Positions 52,001 to 64,000 of a stretch of 64,000 nucleotides of DNA are shown here, one piece after another. Under the pieces are notes generated by a model that saw only the letters and a program-made list of their open reading frames with translations, was not told the origin of the DNA and did not search any database. The stretch comes from Eledone cirrhosa (lineage: Eukaryota), in contig OZ024748.1 of NCBI GenBank assembly GCA_964016885.1, positions 54,560,001 through 54,624,000 of the forward strand. Reading direction: 5' to 3'. The first letter of the stretch is position 1. The number at the start of each line of letters is the position of its first letter. A program made the translations under genes and the position numbers.

Positions 52001-54181
52001 GGCAGTAAAGGGCGGTAGATTGGCAGTAAGGGGCGGTAGATTGGCAGTAAAGGGTGGTAGATTGGCAGTAAGGGGCGGTAGATTGGCAGTAAAGGGCGGT
52101 AGATTGGCAGTAAGGGGCGGTAGATTGGCAGTAAAGGGCGGTAGATTGGCAGTAAGGGGCGGTAGATTGGCAGTAAAGGGCGGTAGATTGGCAGTAAGGG
52201 GCGGTAGATTGGCAGTAAAGGGTGGTAGATTGGCAGTAAGGGGCGGTAGATTGGCAGTAAAGGGCGGTAGATTGGCAGTAAGGGGCGGTAGATTGGCAGT
52301 AAGGGGCAGTAAAGGGCGGTAGATTGGCAGTAAGGGGCGGTAGATTGGCAGTAAAGGGCGGTAGATTGGCAGTAAAGGGCGGTAGATTGGCAGTAAAGGG
52401 GCAGTAGATTGGCAGTAAGGGGCGGTAGATTGGCAGTAAAGGGGCAGTAGATTGGCAGTAAGGGGCGGTAGATTGGCAGTAAAGGGGCAGTAGATTGGCA
52501 GTAAGGGGCGGTAGATTGGCAGTAAAGGGCAGTAGATTGGCAGTAAAGGGCGGTAGATTGGCAGTAAAGGGGCAGTAGATTGGCAGTAAGGGGCGGTAGA
52601 TTGGCAGTAAAGGGGCAGTAGATTGGCAGTAAGGGGCGGTAGATTGGCAGTAAGGGGCGGTAGATTGGCAGTAAAGGGCGGTAGATTGGCAGTAAAGGGG
52701 CAGTAGATTGGCAGTAAGGGGCGGTAGATTGGCAGTAAAGGGTGGTAGATTGGCAGTAAGGGGCGGTAGATTGGCAGTAAGGGGCGGTAGATTGGCAGTA
52801 AGGGGCGGTATATTGGCAGTAAAGGGGCAGTAGATTGGCAGTAAAGGGCGGTAGATTGGCAGTAGATTGGCAGTAAAGGGCGGTAGATTGGCAGTAAGGG
52901 GCGGTAGATTGGCAGTAAGGGGCGGTAGATTGGCAGTAAGGGGCAGTAGATTGGCAGTAAAGGGCGGTAGATTGGCAGTAGATTGGCAGTAAAGGGCGGT
53001 AGATTGGCAGTAAGGGGCGGTAGATTGGCAGTAAAGGGCGGTAGATTGGCAGTAAGGGGCGGTAGATTGGCAGTAAGGGGCGGTAGATTGGCAGTAAGGG
53101 GCGGTAGATTGGCAGTAAGGGGCGGTAGATTGGCAGTAAAGGGTGGTAGATTGGCAGTAAAGGGCGGTAGATTGGCAGTAAAGGGTGGTAGATTGGCAGT
53201 AAGGGGCGGTAGATTGGCAGTAAGGGGCGGTAGATTGGCAGTAAAGGGTGGTAGATTGGCAGTAAAGGGTGGTAGATTGGCAGTAAGGGGCGGTAGATTG
53301 GCAGTAAGGGGCAGCAGATTGGCAGTAAAGGGCGGTAGATTGGCAGTAGATTGGCAGTAAAGGGCGGTAGATTGGCAGTAAGGGGCGGTAGATTGGCAGT
53401 AAAGGGTGGTAGATTGGCAGTAAGGGGCGGTAGATTGGCAGTAAGGGGCGGTAGATTGGCAGTAAGGAGCGGTAGATTGGCAGTAAGGGGCGGTAGATTG
53501 GCAGTAAAGGGTGGTAGATTGGCAGTAAAGGGCGGTAGATTGGCAGTAAAGGGTGGTAGATTGGCAGTAAGGGGCGGTAGATTGGCAGTAAAGGGTGGTA
53601 GATTGGCAGTAAGGGGCGGTAGATTGGCAGTAAAGGGTGGTAGATTGGCAGTAAGGGGCGGTAGATTGGCAGTAAAGGGTGGTAGATTGGCAGTAAGGGG
53701 CGGTAGATTGGCAGTAAAGGGCGGTAGATTGGCAGTAAAGGGCGGTAGATTGGCAGTAAGGGGCGGTAGATTGGCAGTAAAGGGCGGTAGATTGGCAGTA
53801 AGGGGCGGTAGATTGGCAGTATGGGGCGGTAGATTGGCAGTAAAGGGCGGTAGATTGGCAGTAAGGGGCGGTAGATTGGCAGTAAAGGGCGGTAGATTGG
53901 CAGTAAGGGGCGGTAGATTGGCAGTAAAGGGCGGTAGATTGGCAGTAAGGGGCGGTAGATTGGCAGTAAAGGGCGGTAGATTGGCAGTAAGGGGCGGTAG
54001 ATTGGCAGTAAAGGGTGGTAGATTGGCAGTAAAGGGCAGTAGATTGGCAGTAAGGGGCGGTAGATTGGCAGTAAGGGGCGGTAGATTGGCAGTAAAGGGG
54101 CGGTAGATTGGCAGTAAAGGGCGGTAGATTGGCAGTAAGGGGCGGTAGATTGGCAGTAAAGGGCGGTAGATTGGCAGTAAA
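49023..54181 (+). repeat. 21-bp G-rich satellite GGCGGTAGATTGGCAGTA(AGG/AAG), ~250 units, derived from the SINE 5' end
   Basis: The last unit continues without a break as GGGCGGTAGATTGGCAGTA|TCGGTAGAGGG into the SINE. Confidence 0.97.
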
Positions 54182-54371
54182 GGGCGGTAGATTGGCAGTA
54201 TCGGTAGAGGGTCAGACACCATGCTTTGCAGCAAAGAGTTACGGCCCTTTATGTTCAGAGTTCAAATCCCGCCGAGGTTAACTCTGCCTTTCATCCTTAC
54301 GGGGTCGATAAAATAAAGTACCAGTAATGTACTGGGTAATTGCTGGCCTTGTGCCAAAAGTAGAAACAATT
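54182..54371 (+). mobile_element. Full-length family A SINE terminating the satellite
   Basis: Consensus match including A and B boxes and tail. Confidence 0.92.
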
Positions 54372-54503
54372 ATTTTTTTTGGCGAGGTGTGTGGTTGGTG
54401 GTGGTGGTGTAGTGGCAGAATTGTTGGAACGTCCTACAAAATACTTTGTCCCGAGCTCAACTCTGCCTTTCACCCTTCCGGCACCAAATACTGGGTTCTA
54501 TTT

Positions 54504-54675
54504 ACCGTATTTCCCGGCGTCGAAGACGCTACTTTTTTCCTAAAAAAAGGCACAAAAATCGCACCATAGGTCTTGGAGGCCGAAGTTTGTATATTATTCT
54601 TTTTTCAAATTTTTGGTTGTCAAAATTAGGGTGCGTCCTCGAGGACGAAGCCTCTTCGGCACCGGGAAATACGGT
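54504..54675. mobile_element. pogo/Tigger-like MITE (~172 bp)
   Basis: TA-CCGTATTTCCCGGCGTCGAAGA ... TCTTCGGCACCGGGAAATACGG-TA. Confidence 0.88.
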
Positions 54676-55606
54676 AATCAGCCTCTCCCTTTTCCAATTA
54701 GTGGATCATCTAAGTGAAATAAGGTGTGTTACTGAAGGGCAACAACACCCAACTCGACCAGGGAAACCCATTCATAAGCTGACGATTGAGAGAACAACGC
54801 CCTAACCAGTAATTTTGATAGTAAACTGTAAAGAAGACATGGACGTTCGCAACAGCTTGCTTAGGGAGGCTTTTTATAAAGATGTCGGCCATGTTAGTTG
54901 TTAAATGATGGGTGTGGTACTGTAACAGATGGCACTAGTATTGCATATAGTCTTTTCTTGAGAACATCGTGGCCTTAACACGCACACATACTCACATATA
55001 CGCATGCACACACGCTCATACTCACATATACGCACGCACACACGCTCATACTCACATGCGTACACATACATACATTCATAAACACACACATACACGCACA
55101 CGCTAACACTCACACATACTCACATGCACCCACATACACACGCACACACACTCGCACACAAATTCACGCGCACGTATACATACACACATGAATGCACACA
55201 CTCAATCACTCTCACATATACACACACTAAAAGACGTACATACACACAAAAATACATATACATACACACTCATATTCACTCTCACAGACCACACACTCAC
55301 AAACACGCACACGCACAACAACACATACACACACACTCACATACATGCACACATATATATACACACAAACACCTACCTCTCACTCTATATTGATATTTGA
55401 CACTGGAAACTTTAGTTTTTAAAGTAAAAACAAAACAAGAGAAAATCCGTATCAATAGCATTGTGATTGTAATCGATCTATCGACCTAACTCACTTTCTC
55501 TGCTGTCCCAGAACGGTTGATAATATTCATTCTTTCTGAAATTAGAGGCTTTAAAATATCTCTCTCTCAAATTGCTGATTTTAATGTCTTAAATCTCTTT
55601 ACTATA

Positions 55607-55663
<57 letters not shown>

Positions 55664-55664
55664 A

Positions 55665-55744
55665 TGAAAAGAGTCAGGATCCCGACGGCTGAGCTCCGGC
55701 CGTTTTGACAGCTAGATCCGAACTAGTTCGGATCTAGCTGTCAA
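55665..55744. mobile_element. Hairpin-element fragment with perfect palindrome TTGACAGCTAGATCCGAACT|AGTTCGGATCTAGCTGTCAA
   Basis: Left arm CCCGACGGCTGAGCTC is homologous to the 16040 copy. Confidence 0.7.
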
Positions 55745-55746
55745 GC

Positions 55747-55831
55747 GGTCTGACGAGCAGCGGCTTACAGAGTCAGGTCAGCTCGATACAGATCGAACAT
55801 TGAGTTGGTCAGTGGCGAAACGCGCGTCACC
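55747..55831 (+). ncRNA. Type-I hammerhead ribozyme with ~56-nt stem II insert
   Basis: GGU-CUGACGA-GC...GC-GAAAC-GCGC-GUC-ACC, followed by AAUAAA. Confidence 0.75.
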
Positions 55832-55978
55832 AACCAATAAACGTAATGAAGGAGTAACCAATCGTCTTTGTTATCTTATTTAACTATATTCATATATATA
55901 TATATATATATATATATAGATATATCAGCTCTCTTCCCGATTGAGCACAGTTTAACCTTTTTCACATCTACAGATATT

Positions 55979-56057
<79 letters not shown>

Positions 56058-56432
56058 GGAAAATACGAAAGAAGAAGAGTCACTGAGGAAAACAAATAGT
56101 CATCGAAGAGATCACAGAATGTGTGATGAAAGAACTTATCTAACTAATAACTAATAGTAAAGTTGAAGTGAAGATCATATAGTGCGTGTCTCTTTATTCG
56201 CAATATTGGCAACATGACCCCCCCCCCCCCAAAAAAAAAAAATATATATATATATATATAACAACATACCCCTGCTCCATATAACGAAACTGATAGCTCG
56301 AGGCATTACCGATATAATTTCAACATTTTAAAAGACAAGAATATTATATTGAGACGACCTAATAATTTAGAAACAGGTGTATTTTATTTTTGTCATATAT
56401 TGTCATATAACCTCATTACTATAATAATAATG

Positions 56433-56582
56433 GTTTCTTATATAGGCACAAGGCCAGTAATTTTGGGGAGGAGAAAGGCAACGTTAACCTCGACGGGACT
56501 TGAACTCAGATCATAAAGGGCCGTAACTCAATGCTGCAAAGCATGGTGTCCAACCCTCTACCGATACTGCCAATCCACCACC
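56433..56582 (-). mobile_element. Family A SINE, internally deleted
   Basis: Consensus match. Flanked by (TAA)n. Confidence 0.85.
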
Positions 56583-56614
<32 letters not shown>

Positions 56615-56747
56615 TAAGATTGAGGGTTTCATATATATTGCACTTCGAAAAAAGAATTATCTCCCCCTCCTTGCAAGGAAAGTTCGAATCGACTAACCAA
56701 TCAAAATATAGCTCTATCTTAATATTTCATCTATTATTTTTCATTCT

Positions 56748-56785
56748 GTCTTCTGATGAAGGACTGGTGTCCGAAACTTTAAGAC
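56748..56785 (+). ncRNA. Minimal hammerhead (18713 family), stem III mutated
   Basis: GUCUU-CUGAUGA-A-GGAC(UGGU)GUCC-GAAAC-UUU-AAGAC. Confidence 0.75.
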
Positions 56786-57343
56786 TCTCTCCCTACTATA
56801 TCAAGCGTTAAACTAAAACATTTTCTTCATTGTACTATGTTGCTTGCTTTGTTTTTTTTTCTGTTTCCTTTTTGTACACACACACATATATGACTGCCAC
56901 AATCTAATGGCTGATACTAGTAAATGAACACTCACACAGTCCGTCTGTCAACATTTTACTTCTCTCTCTCTCTCTCTCTCTCTCTCCCCTTTTCTCTCTC
57001 TCGCTCTCTCTCTCCCCCTCTCAGTCTCTCTCTCCTTCCCCCCCTCTCATCTTGGTCAATTGCTGTCAAGTATATTTTATTAATTACTTTTATTCATCTA
57101 TAATTACCTTTATTTAGTTGTTTATTGTTTTCTTTGCTCTCGCTGAGATCTGGCAGATGCAGGAGGTTAAATGACAGTCGGTAGTGATTGGTTAGCTAGG
57201 AGGTGTTGTCACTTTGTTTTGGTGGAGGTTGACATCAAAGAGACCAGGTTGGAAAAGGGTTTGAAATGACACAGAGAGCGATATATATATATATATATAT
57301 GAAATACTGTTGACTTCACGCTCACAATAATTTCTATACCTTC

Positions 57344-57390
<47 letters not shown>

Positions 57391-58319
57391 GGTATAGGGA
57401 GATGTTAGAGGCTATACCAGGGTAGGTTGACAATGAAGGATTTATGCTAGAACTGTGAAATCTTGTTTGCATTATTTTCAACTCTTCTTATCAATAACTG
57501 CATTGTTTCATTCCAAGGACTGTGTTGAAAAATATACCTCATTTGGTCATTCCATGGGAGAATCTTAGTCAGCCTATGAACGTTTTAGTCGACTTTCGTA
57601 ACCCGGGAATCATTAAACAAAACAGAGAGAACTCAATAACATTGATAGAAATAAATACGATTTTTATAGAATACTTAATACGTTCACATTTGCTACGTAA
57701 GTTTTATGAACAGAGCAGACCATGTTCTCATCGAATATATCTTTATTTATCTGGTAACACCAAAAAGGGTGGTGACTCATCACAACTTTGTAGAGTGAGT
57801 CTCATAGTTGGTAACAATGACGAAAACTGGACATGTTCCGGTATTATTAGAATTTCTTAGTGAAGCTTAATCTGTTAGACAGTTCAGTATGCAGGTTAGA
57901 GCACTCAACGATGTGCGCAGGTGAGTCTGTTTCCTCCGGAGAAATGTAAAACAAGATGTGTAAGTCAACAGGTTAAACTTTAGATGGCGTTCCATGGTAC
58001 GTCCTGCGGTTTATCAGTCACATAGAATTGATAAATGTGTCCCAACTCCCACTGTCATCGCCTCCATCTCTCTCGCCCTCCCCATCTCTCAGTATTATGA
58101 GAGACGGCTCCGGCACACAGAATGGAGAAGGCGTTTCCGGCAGTTAGGTAGATAGGTAGGGCTGGCACTGTATATATATATTTTAAATTTAGCCAACAAT
58201 AATAGTGCTGTTGGGTATGGATTTCCTGTCGGCAGAGCACATGTTCACTATAGTACCGATGGAGAAAGTGTCCACTCATATATATGTGTGTGTGTGTATG
58301 CACACCCACGCACCCGAGG

Positions 58320-58475
58320 GATCACTGCACAGTTCCTGTCTGCCAAGTTTCCTTAATAGAGAAATTGTCAATCCCAGGTAATCTTAGAAGACACCTGTCC
58401 AGGTAACCTCTCAGTGGGATCGACTCTGAAACAACGTGATTGGAAAACAAAACCTTTACCCGGACAACCATGCTT
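58320..58475 (-). mobile_element. SINE family C remnant
   Basis: Minus strand GCATGGTTGT..GAGTCGATCCCACTG..CTGGACAGGTGTCTTC. Confidence 0.55.
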
Positions 58476-58877
58476 ACAAAAAATAGATTGAAGAAGTAGC
58501 AGATAGATAGATGATTAGACAGGCAGACAGACAGACAGACAGATTGAGGGGTAGATAGATAGATAGACTAATAGATAGATAGATGACAAGAATATGAGCG
58601 AGAGTGACAAACGTCAGATAGTGCCGTAAATACTAATCAAGGTGGTATGATAAGGTGATGGTGGTGGAGAAGGAAGGGGGGGGGGCTGACTGGAACCAAA
58701 CAACAGGTGTTCGGAATGTAATCTAAAAGTGAGCGTCAGAGTGTGTGTGTGCGTCCGTGTGTGTGAGTGTTTAAGTAATGGGCGTGATATATGTGTAAAA
58801 GGGCGTGAAGATTATTAAGCAGGGGAGATAGGTAGAGTCGGGTCAAGCTAAGGAGCTTGGTTATGCCTACATACCTA

Positions 58878-58927
<50 letters not shown>

Positions 58928-59060
58928 ACACTTCTCTTGTAGCTGTCTCACCAGAAATATATACACCTAGTATATGTATCCCATTTGCAACAACGCAGCA
59001 CGCCATTTTTCATATATATATATAGTAATAATAATAAAATCCAAAGAGGGCTCGATAAGG

Positions 59061-59099
<39 letters not shown>

Positions 59100-59101
<2 letters not shown>

Positions 59102-59262
59102 TAAAAACCTGTTTAGACAATTACTCACCAGAGTACTCGATATTTGGGGTAGTAAAGTATGGTTATATGAAAGAGTCGGGATTCCGACCACTTAGCTCTT
59201 GCTAGTCTGGAACTAGCTGTTGGAACGGCAAAAGCTCAGCCGTCGGGGTCTCGACTCTTTCA
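59100..59262. mobile_element. Hairpin element, diverged copy
   Basis: CACCAGAGTACTCGATATTTGGGGTAGT head. Arms TGAAAGAGTCGGGATTCCGA / TCGGGGTCTCGACTCTTTCA. Confidence 0.7.
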
Positions 59263-59606
59263 CACGCACGCACACGTATGTAGTTGACGGCAGAGAGAAA
59301 TGAATAAGTACTCAATATCTAAGTAGAGTTCAGATATTCATTGTATTAAGGCTAAACAGTGATTCTTATTACTCTGGAGCCGGCGAAACTCTATTTAGCC
59401 TTAAAATGAATATTATATATATATATATATATATTCACCTGTTCCAGCGTTTGGCTGGGGCACGCCAGTGTGTGTGTGTGTGTGTATTGTGTGTGTGTGT
59501 GTGCGCGCGCGCGCGCGCACACGAAAAGTAAACGGAAAGAACGAAATGAACAACACAGTATAATGAAGAAATATATTAGTTTAGCGCTTGATATAATAGG
59601 GAAAGT

Positions 59607-59642
59607 GTCTTTACATTTCGGACACTAGTCCTTCATCGAGAG
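59607..59642 (-). ncRNA. Degenerate minimal hammerhead (18713 family)
   Basis: UCU-CUCGAUGA-A-GGAC(UAGU)GUCC-GAAAU-GUA-AAGAC. Confidence 0.55.
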
Positions 59643-60074
59643 ATAGAATAAGACTAAAACAAATGAAATAGAAAGATATAGTTAGAAGATGAAGAAAAAA
59701 ACAAACAAAACAAAACCAAAAAAACAACATTTGTGGGGAGAAAAAGCACGTGGGTTTTCAGTGGACTATTTTTAGTTTTATTATACATAAACTATGTAAT
59801 ATGACAGTTGTAGTTTGATATCATCTGTCTTCTCAATAGCGTTGACCAGAGCGGTCTGTGGTTGGTTTACAGAATATAGAGATGAGGGTGGGGACTTGGT
59901 TTATGGAATATAGGAATAGGGGCCGAGGGTTGGTTTAACAGTATTTTCTGGGTGTTGTTTCCGAATTAGGGCAATCGACGTAACTTCGCAGCTGTAAAAA
60001 TAAAAAAATAAAAAATCAAAAAAATCAATAAAATATGTAGCAGACATGAGGAAATGCAGCACAAGGATTTAAGC

Positions 60075-60275
60075 CAGGCATAGAGAACTGAGGGTCCCCC
60101 GAGGACCACATGGGTCGCATATGTGTTGTCTGAGGGCCACACATGACAACTAATTGCTCACATTACAAATAATTTTTTACATTTTATTTTACGAGAATAA
60201 AACATGCTCGCGCTGTAAAAACATTGGTGCGGGCCGCAGGTGTGCTTGTAAAGGGCCGCATGTTTGACATACCTG
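60075..60275. mobile_element. hAT-type MITE
   Basis: Ends CAGGCATAGAGAAC / GTTTGACATACCTG. 8-bp TSD ATTTAAGC / ATTTAAGG. Confidence 0.75.
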
Positions 60276-60492
60276 ATTTAAGGGATTTACTAAACCAAGG
60301 GGGTGCCCTAGCATGGCCGCAGTGCCATGACTGAAACCAGTAAAACTTAGTTTACTCTCTTTGTACAGATTCTTTGACTTTAAATTATTTTTTATCGAAA
60401 AAACAACAATAAAAGAAATAACTAACAAAAAAAAAACAAGCCAAAAAAATGATACCGTGGCGTTCCAGCATAGTCGCAGGCCATATACACGT

Positions 60493-62009
<1,517 letters not shown>

Positions 62010-62297
62010 GATGAACACACACATACATATATATCAGAAATGCCATAAGATAGTTTAGAGGGATTTACAAGGCGAAAATCTTCTTCATTTCTTCCATCTG
62101 TATTTTTTGGTCAAATATGATAAGCATGTGTTAAGTAGAAAGCTTTATCGATTTCAGATGAATCTATCTTCCTATTAGGTATTTGGAGATGATAACTACG
62201 TGCTATGTATCATCTATAGAGTGTAAAGATATTTCATTTACCCCCTGGTATTTAGTGGTAGGTTTGATAGGGATTTTGAAGTGATTGATAGAGAGAG

Positions 62298-62334
<37 letters not shown>

Positions 62335-63027
62335 AAAGTTTGGTAGAAATGTCCAAAAGTAAGAACACTTAGTCCATATGTATATACACATATATGCGCT
62401 CCGCCATCGATCAGCTCAAGGTACAAATAATAGAAAGGAAAAAGATTTTTTCAGTAGAAAATGCTGAAGAGATTCTTTCAGTGTAATTTATTTATTTATA
62501 AAAAGGATATTTCCGCATTTAATAATGGTACCGGTTTCAGCATTATATGCATTGTCAACTGCGGATATGCATAATATAGTTAAGTTCCATATTTATACAA
62601 ATAATAATAATAATAAAAAGGAGAAGAAAAATTATTAATTTTTACATACATATTTTGAGCGGAGAGTTCATATCTCTGTCCGTATTTGTCCTTCTTTCTC
62701 TCTTAGTTGGCTGACAGAAGTAGGACTTTTGATTTTTTTTCGTAGTCGATCATATTGACTCTAGTACTTATTTTATCTCCTTTTTTTGTGTGAAAATACT
62801 AAGTTACAGGAGATGGACACACATACACACAGCTATTATATAGATTTCGTTTATGTTGTAGTACAGAAATATAAGTGTTCAATACTTTGTGTTAGATGTG
62901 TGTAAAATATTATATACGTTAAACTACAAGATAAACAATGATCACATAACGAAACCCACGGTTTCTTTCGATTGGTCAATCGATCGCACACGTCAGTCAA
63001 TTTGGAAGCAGTAAGTTGTCTCTAGTA

Positions 63028-63195
63028 CAGGTTTTCCCAAACTTTTTTCAAACATGGAACCCTTTTTGGTTCAGAAACTTTTGGAGGAATCCCAAATTTC
63101 TAATACTGTTATATGGTCGTTATATAAATATACTCTTCTACCTTTTTCACGGAACCACAGACATCCCTTTACGGAACCCATTCTGGGAACCACTG
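63028..63195. mobile_element. hAT (Charlie-like) MITE
   Basis: Ends CAGGTTTTCCCAAAC / TTCTGGGAACCACTG. Internal GGAACCC motifs. Imperfect TSD CTCTAGTA / CTCTAATG. Confidence 0.7.
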
Positions 63196-63630
63196 CTCTA
63201 ATGTCTAGACTCTAGACAAAAGGTTTATATTATGTGATGTCTCCTGTTATGCTACTTGGGTGCTTTTTATTTATTTTTTATTTTCAAGAAAGTAGTTGGG
63301 GATGTGTCTAAAATGGAATTTTCTTTTGATTAAATAGTAAAACAATTTAGAGCTTCTCTGTCAGACAGAAGCTGCCACAATTTGATCCGTTCTTGTATGT
63401 GTCGCTCGTTTTAGGCTGTGCATGGAATGCAGTATTCGCAACTGTGTATTGATGATTGGGTGAGCAATGTTATATTACTTGTTTTTTGAAGTTTGAAAGA
63501 TCACCAAAGTCAGGAACTTCTGAGTAAACACGAAGTAAAACGTAATTTTGTTGAACACTCAGTCCATGGGACGAGTTTGGTAGAAGTAGTTCCACAACAG
63601 TTAGTTCACCATACCGAGAACATACAGACC

Positions 63631-63671
<41 letters not shown>

Positions 63672-63702
63672 CATACATATCAAATATATGTAAATAATAA
63701 TA

Positions 63703-63843
63703 ATTGTTTCTACTTTTGGCACAAGGCCAGCAATTACCCAGTGTATTACTGGTACTTTATTTTATCGGCCCTATAAGGATGAAAGGCAAAGTTAACCTCG
63801 GTGGATTTGAACTCAGAATGGCGTCCGACCCTCTACCGATACT
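63703..63843 (-). mobile_element. Family A SINE, internally deleted
   Basis: Consensus match. Confidence 0.85.
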
Positions 63844-63868
63844 GAATGATCATTATCATGATGATGTA

Positions 63869-63925
<57 letters not shown>

Positions 63926-64000
63926 CTGAAATCGTATATTGCAGCTGGGTGTACACTCATATTTCCCTCCCATCACAAAATTATTTATTATTTAATTGCT

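Noticed and set aside
49023-54181. Telomeric or interstitial telomeric repeat
   Set aside because: G-strand biased but not TTAGGG-based, and the unit is explained by the SINE head.
48979-54234. 1751-aa minus-strand ORF and GGRLAV-repeat ORFs
   Set aside because: Translation of the 21-bp satellite. The start lies inside an antisense SINE and there are frequent frame-shifting unit variants.
57975-58025. Hammerhead-like CTGATAA...GGAAC on the minus strand
   Set aside because: Both core boxes are altered and there is no convincing stem I or II, although the adjacent 57886-57955 is homologous to the PLE tail at 39201-39262.

Overview
AT-rich, microsatellite-saturated eukaryotic non-coding DNA. 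It is most likely an octopus/cephalopod intron or intergenic region, inferred from the SINE families and extreme (TA)n/(CA)n density. I can support no intact host gene; every long ORF in the track is a translated repeat. The window holds: (i) many tRNA-derived SINEs of about three families; (ii) two multi-kb satellites, a 36/34-bp array (6.8-11.9 kb) and a 21-bp array (49.0-54.2 kb) that is the amplified 5' head of the SINE it runs into; (iii) decayed CR1-group, RTE and CRE non-LTR fragments, Tc1/pogo- and hAT-type MITEs, and a non-autonomous Helitron; and (iv) a dense set of Penelope-like element (PLE) remnants sitting in (TA)n tracts. At least 10 minimal or variant type-I hammerhead ribozyme motifs of several unrelated families are readable by eye. 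There is one young PLE with a GIY-YIG C-terminus and a ~790-bp inverted pseudo-LTR, and a TA-embedded short element ending in a ~55-bp hairpin whose arms co-vary copy by copy. All coordinates were read by eye and are approximate to a few bp.
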